A stretch of DNA of 64,000 bases from Macrostomum lignano (Eukaryota). A program made the translations under genes and the position numbers. The notes under the pieces were generated by a model that was not told where the DNA came from, made no database searches, and saw only the letters and a list, made by a program, of their open reading frames with translations. Numbering within the stretch: position 1 is the stretch's first letter; each line of letters opens with the position of its first letter. Positions 48,923 through 61,840 of the stretch are shown here, one piece after another. The DNA lies in contig NIVC01001749.1 in assembly GCA_002269645.1 (NCBI GenBank), forward strand, positions 1 to 64,000, given 5' to 3'.

Positions 48923-51077
48923 ATAAATTAAAAAATGTAACTATAATATATATTTATAATTAATTTCTTTGCATTTGACAACTAAAGAGGGGATTGTAAA
49001 ACAGAAGTAAAGTTATACTTTTTCAAATAAAAGTTCAAATTGTAATTTTTCAAAAAGAAGTACGAATTGTACTTTCTAAAATCAAAGTACAAAATGTAAT
49101 TTTTTAAATAGAAGTACGAATTGTACTTTTTAAATCAAAGTTCAAAATGTACTTTTTTTCAAATAGAAGCACGTTGTTTTTTAAATACGAGTATAAAATG
49201 TCCTTTTCGAATAGAAGTACGAAATAAACTAAAAAAAAATTACGAAAATAGAAAAGTACAATACATTAATACCTTGATGTTGATTTTTTAATTTCAAGTA
49301 CTAAACAACGCGCAGGGTAAAAAACTATTTCCTGCTCCTGTTCCTGAGTACTACTCCTACGATTCCGCAAGCAATTATTGAGTGACATTGTTCAATAATA
49401 ATTGTTCAATTCTATCCGCAATAAAGCTTTGTTTGCTCGTAAATACGATTTTCTAATAATATACAAAATAAACGTTGAACTCAATTCATCTCCTCTTTTC
49501 CTGCTCTGGTATTGTCAGAATGCTCTGCTATAATGTTCTTGGTTAATTACGGATTAATTAGTTATAAAATAGTTCACTTCATTGAATTATAGTTTATGGA
49601 TACACACCAGCTTAGGTACAACACGCACATAGAAGTTCCACTTAAACTGTCTATGGCGTTCCTTCTAACGATCTTTGGACCTTGAGATAGTGCCCGCTTC
49701 AATTACATCTCACTGCACGCAGTTCAATGTCGCTATTTACTATAGATGATATTCCTGTAACCGCTCGAAGTAGTCGCACTTCCGAATATCACTATCAAAA
49801 CAGCAGTTAAAATTTAAAAAAGCAAATCAAGAAATCAACAAAAATTTCTTTTTTAAGGCACCAGCTGCTCGAACTCTTACCCGAGAGCATTTGTCCTAAT
49901 AGATGTTTATTTCTTTTTAATAATCGAACGGCCCGGTCACTTACCGCGGATCAATCGATCAGCCATTTAGTTCAATCTGACTGCTATTAGCATCCACTAT
50001 AAGTAGTATATAGCTCAGTGCAAGCATTTTAAATAGGATTCATTTTTATTAAGTTCGCGCAGACACAAATCTGCAACAAAAAAACTTGGAACAGACAGAC
50101 AAGCAAGAAAAAAACCATTAATTTGTGGCGCATTTTAAATCATTAATTTCAGTGTGTTTCCTCTGACCAACTATAATATTATTAGTAGGAGATATTTTAA
50201 ATTAATTGGAAGATCAAACAAGACAATAGAAAGATTTTATTCATTCAATTCCAATCCATTATCAAGTTAATAATTGAATCAAACTTGACACCTGACAATA
50301 CTCAGTCATAATAATAATTACGACAAAAAATTAATTTACTATGAAACTTGAGTAGTCTCAAGCAATGCTTAATATAATGTAACAACTAGTATATCAGGTA
50401 AATGAAAAGGAACATTAGTTAAGTCCTTACGCTACAAAAATAAGTTATTTTCAAGCCAAGAAAAAAAAACAAAAGAGCAGCGAGAGAAAAATTACTTTAG
50501 AAACATTAATATAATATTTATACTACATTAATCCTGCACCCCCGGAAACACACACAAAACGAACTCGCGAACAACACTTGTAACAAATTGAGACCAAAAA
50601 CACAAGTCTTAGATATCTTTTATTCGAATCCAACAGAACACCAAAACGTAACAGCAGCAAAATATGTCAAATTATAACGAGAATAAATAATAACAATAAT
50701 TAAAATATATAATTACTGAGTATGACGGGCACGCAGGAAATTTGAAAGCAAGAAAAACAAATTTATATCTTAAAGAATCCATACTAAAATTTATATAATT
50801 GTCGCTTCCACTATTAATTTATTTAGGAAATTTACTATTTCATTGCTATACATTTTATAGCGTATTTTCTGTCAGTAGACCTATAAGTAGGATAATCATC
50901 ACATGTATATCTTAATTTAATTGTGGAAATGAAAATTACGGGCGGAAATTTGGGGTTAGAAAATTATAATAGAATAATAATAGATCAAGGAGCATGAGTC
51001 ACAATAATGAGGATTTGGATACGGGGTCAGCCAGCCAGCAACACAAAAAACTCTACTTTTCAGTTCAGAGTTTGAGC

Positions 51078-54000
51078 TCAATCGTGCAGCGTGGCCGTGG
51101 ATTCCAGGGTGCCCACAAAAGTCCGCGTCGCCTCGCGTTGACTGCCGTCGGCGTGTTCGTCGTACCAGTTTTTGAATGACTCCTCTGACACCAGACGGTT
51201 GTCAAGAAAGACTGTGAATACTTCTGGCAGCAGTTCTGCCAGTGCGGAGTTTTGGTTGCGCGATTGAGAATCGAGTGCACTTGGCTAAGATTTAATAGAC
51301 TTTTAATTCAATTTAACAGTGGAGGGCAGCGGCTGTCACTGAACTGAAGGGGCCTCAGGGGGGGCAGCGGCTGTCACTGAACTGAAGGGGCCTCAGGGGG
51401 GCAGCGGCTGTCACTGAACTGAAGGGGCCTCGGGGGGGGGGGGGCAGCGGCTGTCACTGAACTGAAGGGGGCTCGGGGGGCAGCGGCTGTCACTGAACTG
51501 AAGGGGCCTCGGGGGGGGGGGCAGCGGCTGTCACTGAACTGAAGGGGCCTGGGGGGGGGTGCAGCGGCTGTCACTGGAACTGAAGGGGCCTCGGGGGGGG
51601 GGGCAGCGGCTGTCACTGAACTGAAGGGGCCTCAGGGGGGCAGCAGCTAATCTGACTCACCAACAGACGAGCCGTCAACCAGACAAGCGGCCGTCGCCTT
51701 CAGCGACCAGATCTCCTGGGAGAAGCCTTCAACAAACTGTTGCAACACCGAGCAGAGCCGCTTTAACAGGCCAGCGTCTAGTTGGCCGGCGCACAGACAG
51801 GCGCCGCAGACGCCGCGCATCAGCTCCCGGTTGAAGGCTTCGCAGTCCCTGTCGGCCCTGGCGACTCCCCTTTCCAGCAGGTCGATGACCGACTCAGCCA
51901 GTTTGTCGGCGTCGCCTTCGGGCAGGCCGGCCCGGACAACTTCTTGAACTCGTCCGGCCAGGCGTTCGAAACTGAGCCGAGAGGCGGCCGAGTCCGGATC
52001 GGGCAGCGGGGACTCGGTGAACTCCAGCTCCTTGCTGGTGACAAACGCGGCGGCCGATTCGGCGGACGTCTCCAGCACGGTCGGCCAGCAGACGCCGGCG
52101 TCGCGGAAATCTTGGCCAACCCGTTCGTGGCCGAGCCGGACGCTGGCCAGATGAGCGGCACGGGAGAGAATTTCGCCGCGTAGAGGCGACTTTTTGCCGC
52201 CAGCAAAGCAGAGAATGTCGGAGGGGATCAGCATCACCAGGCGGAGTACGCAGTCCAAATAGCTGGCAGATTTTTGCAGGAAAGAGGAAAATATTTCGCC
52301 CAGGTAGGAGCCGAGCAGAGGGAAGTCTGACTGCATGTCCTCGGCGTTCTCCATTAAATTGGAGAAGCTGCGGGATGTGGAGTAAGGGATAGGAATGTAA
52401 TTAAAGGTAGATACATAGACAGACACTAAAACACACAGACAGATACTTAGACACTAAAGCAGAGACAGACAGACAATGACAACAGACAGACACTAATGCA
52501 GACAGACAGACAGACACGCAGAGTAGCACACGGGAGAACAATATTAAGTGTAGCTCCCAACCTAAATCCCAGCAAGCAAAGCGCACCTGCTGAGACTCAA
52601 ACAGGAGAGCCAGCTCATGCTGCTGTCAGCAATCGCCTGTAGGAGAGCTCGCAAATTGTTTCATTTATCTGCGGTCTCGCTGGTGGCATTGCAAAGCCTG
52701 TGCAGACTACTTAGCTAAACATGAGTCAGTAGCATATGTGGCATATTCTACCTAAATCCCGGCAGATAGCGGTGAGAACTGCAGAGACTCAAACAGAAAG
52801 CCTGATAAATTTGATTTAGCAAGACGTTTAGGAGAGATTGTCGCAAATGTGTTCAGACTGGCTCAGCCAGCCTTTCCCTTGGGTGTTGGGAAAAGCAACC
52901 GAACCGGTCAGAAGTTGCGCTTTCGCTGGTTCGTCTTGCAAAATTTTTACACGCATTAGGAATCCTAATTGCATTGAGACGCCTACTTATTTGTTTTGGT
53001 CGAACTTAACAGAACTGTATTAGCATGAGTTGAATGCACTTCATTTCAGGTCAAACTGCTTTGCTGATTGTGCTATCAATTTTATTAAGCGGGTAACGCT
53101 TAAACAACGAGATGTCACGGTACAAGTTGCCAAAAAGCCGTCAAAGTCTAATAGTCAATTTGAAGCGTTTTATTGTTTGCGACTCTGAAACGACTCTGGA
53201 GCCGTAGAGTCGTATTTGAGGCGTGCTATAGTTGCTATAGAGTCACATCTTTTAGCGAAATTTTAGCGCCAACACAACGGTCTTTGGACGACTCCTTTTA
53301 TACGATTCTGCAACTCGCGTGACGCAATAGTCGCCTCCCTGTCGCATTTGAGCGGCTTTGAGTCGTTCGATTCTGGTCACGGTATCGTTTTCTAGGGGTC
53401 CTCCAACTCACTACTACTCATACAGCACACGCCAATAGTCCCTAATTTTATCGCAACACTCCAAAAAGCAAACATCACCACACGCAAAGTGTAGATTTAA
53501 TAACAAACGAACCCGTCAATAACAGTCCGAATATCGATAAGCCGACAATCCAACAACTCGAAGAACAGCCGACCGCCTTTTTCGCGCAATTCTTTACTAT
53601 TAGCGTTGAGCAAATGCTCGGCATTGATGTCAACAAACACTTTCAAATGCGGATGCGAGGCAATCTCTTGGAAGCAGGATTTAGTCTCGTCTAGAGAGAT
53701 AACGCCGGCGAGCCACTCTTCCATAATGTTCTTAGATTTGCGGCCAAGAGCCTCTTTGTCGAGAATGTTGGCAGTAGCCGAGGCCGAAGCGCCCAGGCGG
53801 GACGGCAACTCGTGAGTGGACATGGACCGGTGCATGCCGACCAAGGGAGCAGCTGACAATGCTGTCACGGCTTTGGGCGCTGGTCCGGGGGTCTGCTGTC
53901 TGGCTAGCTGGGACTGTTGAACTGGCTGCTGCTGGTCGCGGGTGCTGTGCGGCGAGCCTTCGCGACTGGCACCCCGGCTGCCGCTCGACTCGCGACTGTT

Positions 54001-55750
54001 GTTCCGGCGCCCGCCGGCGCCTCCGCTGACGCCGCCAGTCAGACTGAAAAGGATGAACAGGAAAAATTATAATGGATACATAAAAACTAGCAGAACTGTA
54101 CATTCAGAGACTGAAAGACAATGACTGGACACTAGGAAAGGCACACAAACGTCTAGACACAAGGCACAGACGGACAGACACTAAGACACCCAGACACTAA
54201 TACAGACAGACAGTCAGTCAGACAGACAGTCAGACAGACAGACAGACAGACAATGACAACAGACAGACGGACAATGACAACAGACAGAGACAGACAGACA
54301 ATGACAACAGACAGAAAGACAGACAGACAGTCAATGATAACAGACAGACACTAATGCAGACAGATAGACAGACATACAATGACAACAGACAACGACAACA
54401 GACAGACACTAATGCAGACAGACAGACAGACACGCAGAGTAGCACACGGGAGAACAATATTAAGTGTAGCTCCCAACCTAAATCCCAGCAAGCAAAGCGC
54501 ACCTGCTGAGACTCAAACAGGAGAGCCAGCTCATGCTGCTGTCAGCAATCGCCTGTAGGAGAGCTCGCAAATTGTTTCATTTATCTGCGGTCTCGCTGGT
54601 GGCATTGCAAAGCCTGTGCAGACTACTTAGCTAAACATGAGTCAGTAGCATATGTGGCATATTCTACCTAAATCCCGGCAGATAGCGGTGAGAACTGCAG
54701 AGACTCAAACAGAAAGCCTGATAAATTTGATTTAGCAAGACGTTTAGGAGAGATTGTCGCAAATGTGTTCAGACTGGCTCAGCCATCCTTTCCCTTGGGT
54801 GTTGGGAAAAGCAACCGAACTGGTCAGAAGTTGCGCTTTCGCTGGTTCGTCTTGCACTTTGGGGATCTCTATCTCTTCAACAACAAGGCTGACTCACCGC
54901 TGTAAAGCTGGTGATCGGCCCGCGCCAGCGCCGGCGCCAGCTCCGCGCGCCCGACTAATACTCGGCCGGGACGGTCCAAGCCGCATAGGAGCGGAGCCGC
55001 CGCTGCCACCGAGACCGCCGCTAGCTGACGCGTCGCCAGCAATGCCGGAAGACTCGCCACTATCCAGAATCAGCTTCCTAGTGTCCATCTTCTGCTGGCG
55101 CCGACTATTAGCCACCACTGGGGTCCATTCAGCGTCAGCCGATGTTGGCGGCAGCAGAGCTGAGTTGCCCGGCGACGCCGGCGGCCTGCCGTAGTTGCCG
55201 CGGCCGCCGCGACCGCCTCCTCCGCCTCCTCCGCCGCCAATGTTGCTAGCAGCCATGGCACGCCTGGCCTCCTCTTCGCGCTCCTTCTGTTCCAGCTCCT
55301 CCTTGGTCATGGGTCGCTCCTGAAGCCGGCGCTCCATTTCGCGCAGCTCCCAGCCGCGTTCGCGCATTTCAACAACGTCGATTAGTTTAAATCGGACCTT
55401 GGATTCGATGCTTTTATCGGCTATGATCTTTTTAATCTGACCGAACGAAGCGTCCAACTGGGTGGACTCGTTCTGCTTGCGATTTCCTGTCGGCGTTTCT
55501 AGTTTCTTACCAACAGTACGCAACAGCTCGCACAGGCATTCCAGCGATTCGACTAGAGTGCCTCGACTGTTGCTCTTTGAAGGCTGATGACAGCTAAGGA
55601 GGGCTGTTATACAGCTGTAGATTATATTAGCCGTCAGCACGCCTTTCATGTAGAGTTCGCCAATGAATCTGAAATAGTTGACGAAAGCGTGAAAAATTAT
55701 AGTTAACTAGGATCGCGACGGTAGTAGTAGTAGCAGTTTTAGTAGTAGTA

Positions 55751-55796
<46 letters not shown>

Positions 55797-58700
55797 CAGT
55801 AGTGGTAGTAGTAGTAGTAGTAGTAGTAGCAGTAGTAGTAGTAGTAGTAGCAGTAGTAGTAGTAGCAGTAGTAGTATGAATAGTAGTAGTAGTTTCAGTA
55901 GCAGTAGCAGCAGTGGAACAGTATATTACCAAGTGAATATAGATGCATTAGTATGTAGCTGCATATTACCTGTGCAGTATTACATAGCATTAGTAATTCC
56001 TATATATTAGCGTGACAAGCAGTAAAAACAGTGCGCAATTAACGACACGCTCGCCTGATTAAGAGATTAAAAAGGAATCATGATCTGCCAAACAAACCAG
56101 GGAGCCAAAAATGGAAAAAAACAGAAATACTTTGCTGCCATAAAGACCTAGAATAATACCGCATGTAGCATGTCTCTACACAATCAGAGCTTGTAGAGCG
56201 CGCATCCTCAGGCTGTTGGCATACTATTACTATACACTAATTAGAGTCAGTTAGCTGGGCGGAAACACTAATAACTCAGTGTACTACAGTCCTAGAGCTA
56301 GGAAACACGAACTGTAGCAATTTATAAGACCTAGCTACGCAGATTACGGGCTGCCAGAATTGAAATTGTTTGCAATTATTTTTAGCTTACCGAATATTTC
56401 CATAGTATTGATCCTTCACTTTCTTCACTTGTTCCTCTTTTTCTTCTTCTAACGATTTTTTCTTGTCTTCTTTCTCCTCCTTGCTAATAATTTGATCCCA
56501 ATAATCGGCTTTAGTCTCCATCTGGTCTAATAGAGGAGTTTCGAACATTAATTGGCACTTTTTCAACAGCAGCGAGCGGTGCGTGATGCACTTGTCGGGC
56601 AAAGTCTTGTCCGTGTTCACTTTTAACTGCAATAGGATTGCGAGGGTTGAGGTTTGCGAGGGTTGAGGTTTGTGAAGGTTGAGGTTTGTGAAGGTTGAGG
56701 TTTGTGAAGGTTGAGGTTTGTGAAGGTTGCGGTTTGCGAGGGTTGAGGTTTGCGAGGGTTGAGGTTTGTGAAGGTTGAGGTTTGTGAAGGTTGAGGTTTG
56801 TGAAGGTTGAGGTTTGTGAAGGTTGCGGTTTGTGAAGGTTGCGGTTTGCGAGGGTTGAGGTTTGTGAAGGTTCAGGTTTGCGAAGGTTCAGGTTTGCGAG
56901 GGTTGAGGTTTTCGAAGGTTGAGGTTGGTGAAGATTGAGTGTTGTGAGACAGGATTTGTGAAATCAGATGCTAGTGTTTGTAACTAACGCTTAATTCGTA
57001 TTCAACTCGAAATTAGTAACATACTTAATTACGACAAATTCATTCTATCAATAGTTTAAAAGACGCAGAATGAAAATTGAACCAACTTGAAGAAAGTCTG
57101 ATCACCGCCCACGCAAAAACATTCGTCAATATGCATCCAACATAAGTGCATGAGGAAACTAGACAACGTATTGAATAGGAACTTTGTTCGTGCGTACAAC
57201 AGTTGTCAAGTTTTTATCTTACAATATTATCATGCAATACTTTCTTACAAGTTTTAGAAAACACCAGAAAAACATTTATAGTTGGCTGGGTTTAACAGTG
57301 AAGAGAGAAGTAACTGCTGCAACATTGAACAGTGCAGCGTTGCGCCCACCCGCCCCAGAACAGAGGCCAATATATAGATAAGCTTGATTAGAATCGGGCA
57401 TATGGTGGGACAGGAGACAGAGAGACACAGAGACAAAAAAAGACGAAGTGGGCTTACAGAGTGGACACGCGGGGTTTGCAACAGAGAAAGACTGGCAGTC
57501 ATATAGCCGCGTGCCGCATACATACTTGGCCTCAGCTTGTCTATACAAGAGAATAGCAACAAAAGCTGTCAACAGCGCTTAAACTCGACCCAGCTGTGTG
57601 TACCGTAACTGTGTACCCTTAATTATATCTGCACATCATGCATAATGCCAATAGAGTCCTAACGTATTAGCTAATGTTTACATTGTGCAGCATGCATAAA
57701 TCCCAACTTACAAACGATAACCGCTTGCAGATCTCGGCAAACACAGACGAATAAGAGGTCTCTCGGGTGGCCTGCAAAAAAAGAAGAAGAGAGTTCCGGT
57801 TGTGTCAGTTTAAACATTATATTAAAACAACTTTTATTAACTCCGCTAGCGTTAGGAATGTAAAGAGCATGTTTAAGAGGTTTTTTCTAAATTCACGCTA
57901 ACAATATTTCGGTCAGTCTGTTAGCGATTTGTTAAACCAGTCTAATAATACTGGCATAGATAAACCAAACAGGGTTTTGACCCTAAAGCCAATTAAAGCA
58001 CAGCCAGGCAGCAGGACACATCATTTTATGCCTATACGCTGGCGAAGCATTAAATTTTGCTAGTCCAAAACAAATCAAATCAACAAAAAGGAAGACAAGC
58101 GACAGAAAGGTGAATGAAAGCGGAACAGGACAGACAGACAGGCAATGCAACTTGACCGATCTAGTCTGAGGACACACGTTTGGAGTTGCCTTTCCTATCG
58201 GTGAGGAACTCAGCTAACAGCTATTATCGATTTTTCCGCTCAAACCTAAACGGAATTGTGTGCTTTGCTTTTTTTATTAATTTGAGTCGCCATGCTTGAC
58301 TGGGAAGGACTCCGTCACGCCAGATTTATAGACGGAATGTGCAGATTTTGCTAACAATACCGAAAAAGGCTTAACAAAACATTCAGACAATTATTTCAAA
58401 GTTACCATTTTGTTATGATTTGACTACACGATTTTTTGTGTAAGACAGGGATAACAATCATCATTGTTTTGTTGGCCTTCTTCTTTGCACAACCACTGCT
58501 TTGCAAATGAGAAATGGGTATCTGGGAGGCTGGCCCAGCAACTGAGGATCTGGGAGGCTGGCCCAGCAACTGGGGATCTGGGAGGCTGGCTCAGCAACTG
58601 AGGATCTGGGAGGCTGGCCCGGAAACTGGGGATCTGGGAGGCTGGCTCAGCAACTGAGGATCTGAGAGGCGGCCCAGCAACTGGGGATCTGAGAGGCTGG

Positions 58701-61700
58701 CCCAGCAACTGAGGATCTGAGGGGCTGGCTCAGAAACTGAGGATCTGGGAGGCTGGCTGGCCCAGCAACTGGGGATCTGAGGGGCTGGCCCAGAAACTGA
58801 GGATCTGGGAGGCTGGCATTTCATAATCTAGATGTGAAAAAAATGACCCCAAAAACGGAGCAACAAATAGCAATTAACAATAAGCAAGCACCTTTTCAAA
58901 CATGATATCCACGCAGCACTTCAGACCGTCCTCGGTGCCAATATCGCACTTGGTCAGCTGTTGAAAGCAGGATTCGAAATTCTGCGGCGTCACCTTGTTC
59001 AAGATGGATCGAATGCTGCGCTCGATATCCTGCCGCCTATCAGTATCCGGGTCGTCAGTTTTCTTTTGCAAAAAGCCAGGCACGTAGGCGTTATCAGTGT
59101 GATGCAGGTCCACTTTTTCGCGGCTTCGAACTTCAATAACCATCTGCTTCGGCTGTTGATGCTGCTGTCTAGGCGTGTTGCCGCGACTAATCTGCTGTTG
59201 TTGCTGCTGCTGCTGTTGCCTAGGAAATGCGCCCGATTTGCTTTTATCCTTAGGCGTAGCCATGTGGCTAGGAACCGATTGCACGTAGGTAGGCATGAAG
59301 TTAACGCCTTGAATGCGTTGCTTGAAATGAGAAATTTGGGGGGGGGGTTGCTATGCATTGGTTAGCTGAAGTCATTAACAATTGTTTAGATGCTCCACGC
59401 ACTCTATATGCTTGCAGTTTGAAGGCTCAGTAGCGTTTCTGAATCTCTCATGTGCATATCAGACTGCGGATATCATCATTGCCGATCAAAACTATAAATC
59501 AAATTTTACAAACTAGTTAATTTCTCCATATAATATATAGTACTCATGGCTCAGTAGCGTTTCTGATTCATCATTTTTATTGATTAATCCGATCGCATGT
59601 GTCATCATAGCCGTGGAGATCATTGCTATTTGTATACATTAGGACAACTGTGCAACTGGCATGATGCACACTAAATGCTCATACTGCACATAAACAGAGA
59701 GTGGCACAGCTAGCACATGAAGTGGCACAGCTAGCACACAAAGTGGCACAGCTAGCACACAAAGTGGCACGGCTAGCACATGAAGTGGCACAGCTAGCAC
59801 ATGAAGTGGCACAGCTAGCACAGAAAGTGGCACAGCTAGCACACAAAGTGGCACAGCTAGCACACAAAGTGGCACAGATAGCACACAAAGTGGCACAGCT
59901 AGCACATGAAGTGGCACAGCTAGCACATGAAGTGGCACAGCTAGCACATGAAGTGGCACAGCTAGCACATGAAGTGGCACAGCTAGCACACAAAGTGGCA
60001 CAGCTAGCACATGAAGTGGCACAGCTAGCACACAAAGTGGCACAGCTAGCACATGAAGTGGCACAGCTAGCACACAAAGTGGCACAGATAGCACACAAAG
60101 TGGCACAGATAGCACACAAAGTGGCACAGATAACACACAAAGTGGCACAGCAAGCACACAAAGTGGCACACCAAGCACTAAAAAAATGGCGCTCCCTACA
60201 CGCCAACCCTATTAGAAAGAACTTGACCCACCAATCAGTGCCATAAAAAATAATAAGCACAAAGTTGAATTACTGGTACTTACCACTTCGGTCTTTCGCA
60301 ACAGTTCAGGAATATCGCAGGGCAGTGTACTAGGCTTCTGGGTAGATAATTGAGCATCCTGCAGTTTAAGCAGAAAATCTCTATCGTAAGTCTTTTTACG
60401 TTCAAGCGTAACTTTGTCCGATTCGCCTTTCTCAGGCTTGAATTCGTATTTTGGCGCTTTGCTAGCGGCTCCGGCGCCGCCTGAAGATGAAGCGTCAGCG
60501 CCAGCAGCAGCTGAACCGGCATTTCCAGCCTCAGCCAGAGAAGTCAACTGATTGTGACTGTGACTGTGATGCAGCACACTGACCGCATCGACTGACTGAC
60601 TGCGCAGAGTCGTGGGCGCCGGTCTCAACATATCGGCATCAAATTTAGGCAGTCGTTCGCCAACTTCATCTTTGACGCTTTCAGCTTCAGTAACCGGCGT
60701 GTCGGTTTTTCCAGCCTCATCCTTGACAACAGTGCCAGCATTGGCTGCCTCTGGATTTGGCGGCGAAGTTTTGCCATCTTTAGCCGAACGAACCTGGGCT
60801 AGCATGTCTTTTTGCACTACATAACGCTGCTCCTGTTCGCCTTTGTTATTCGCGGCGTCGCTTTGCTGCTGTTGCTGCTGCTGCTGCGGCTGAGGCGTGA
60901 CTTGCTGCTGCTGCTGGGGCTGCGGCTGCTGCTGCTGGGGCTGGGGCTGCTGCTGCTGGGGCGGCGGCTGCTGCTGCTGCGGCTGAGTGGGCTGTTTCGG
61001 TTTCAACTCAATTGCAGAATTAGTCCTCGGATCAATAAATGTTAGTATCTTCTTTTGTGTTACATCCGGCTGCTGCGGTTGCTGCTGGTTAGCTTGCTGT
61101 TGGGACTGCTGCTGCTGCTGTTGATGTCGCTGCTGCTGATGCTGCTGTTGCTGCTGATGCTGAGGCGGCGGCGGCAGCAGCGGCTGCGGCTGAGTAGAGG
61201 CCAGCGGAGGAATATTATAAGCGCCAGCATGGCTGGCATGGGGAGCGTACATTGGGGCTGGGTGCTGCTGATGAGCGGCTGGCACGTAGGCAGGCTGGGC
61301 GCCGTACATAGCGTGAGGCGGCTGCTGATAGTACATAGCCGGAGCCCCTGGCGGTGCAGCTCCAATCATGTGCTGCTGATGCGCGTGCGGATGGTGCTGG
61401 GGGCCGAACTGGTGCCCAGCCGGGAGGCCCTGCGCTGCGCCAGCCGACGTTGCCGGCCAGCCAGGCTGACCGTAGGGCGGCTTCAGTGGTTGAATAAAGT
61501 AAATACATTAGATTAGACTAGCATAGAAATCTTAATAACTGATAGGTACGAGTTCAAAAAATACCAAGCCGCATTGGCTGTCTTGCTAACAATTAAAAAC
61601 CTTTTGGTGTATTGATGTTTTGCTTCGTTGGCATTAGATATAAATAGATAGATAGATAGATAGATAGATAGATGGATAGATAGATGGAAAGATGGATAGA

Positions 61701-61756
61701 TAGATAGATAGATGGATAGATAGATAGATAGAGAGATAGATAGATGGAAAGATAGA

Positions 61757-61840
<84 letters not shown>

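Larger units (their letters stand above)
52481..52940 (-). repeat. ~460-bp intronic cassette, copy 1
   Basis: Direct repeat of 54397-54856 (offset 1916); only 2 substitutions seen. Confidence 0.95.

Noticed and set aside
52546-52910. Identification of the cassette as U17/snR30, telomerase RNA or RNase P/MRP
   Set aside because: Lacks the U17 m2 AAACCAU motif, a telomeric template and the P4 consensus.
53050-53400. Possible MITE with GAGTCG/CGACTC motifs
   Set aside because: No convincing terminal inverted repeats or target-site duplication.
56140-56340. Hairpins followed by ACA in eIF4G intron 55669-56390
   Set aside because: No H box or correct pocket spacing; too weak to call snoRNAs.
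57276-57572. ORF with CPLCK suggesting a RING-like domain
   Set aside because: Out of frame with eIF4G, incomplete ligand pattern; better explained as a non-coding or poison segment.
59424-59612. Orthology to human SNORD66 (hosted in EIF4G1)
   Set aside because: The guide does not match the 18S C1272 context as I recall it.
59639-60260. Heptad coiled-coil ORF (AQLAHEV)n and Cys-rich antisense ORF
   Set aside because: 21-bp intronic minisatellite of eIF4G.
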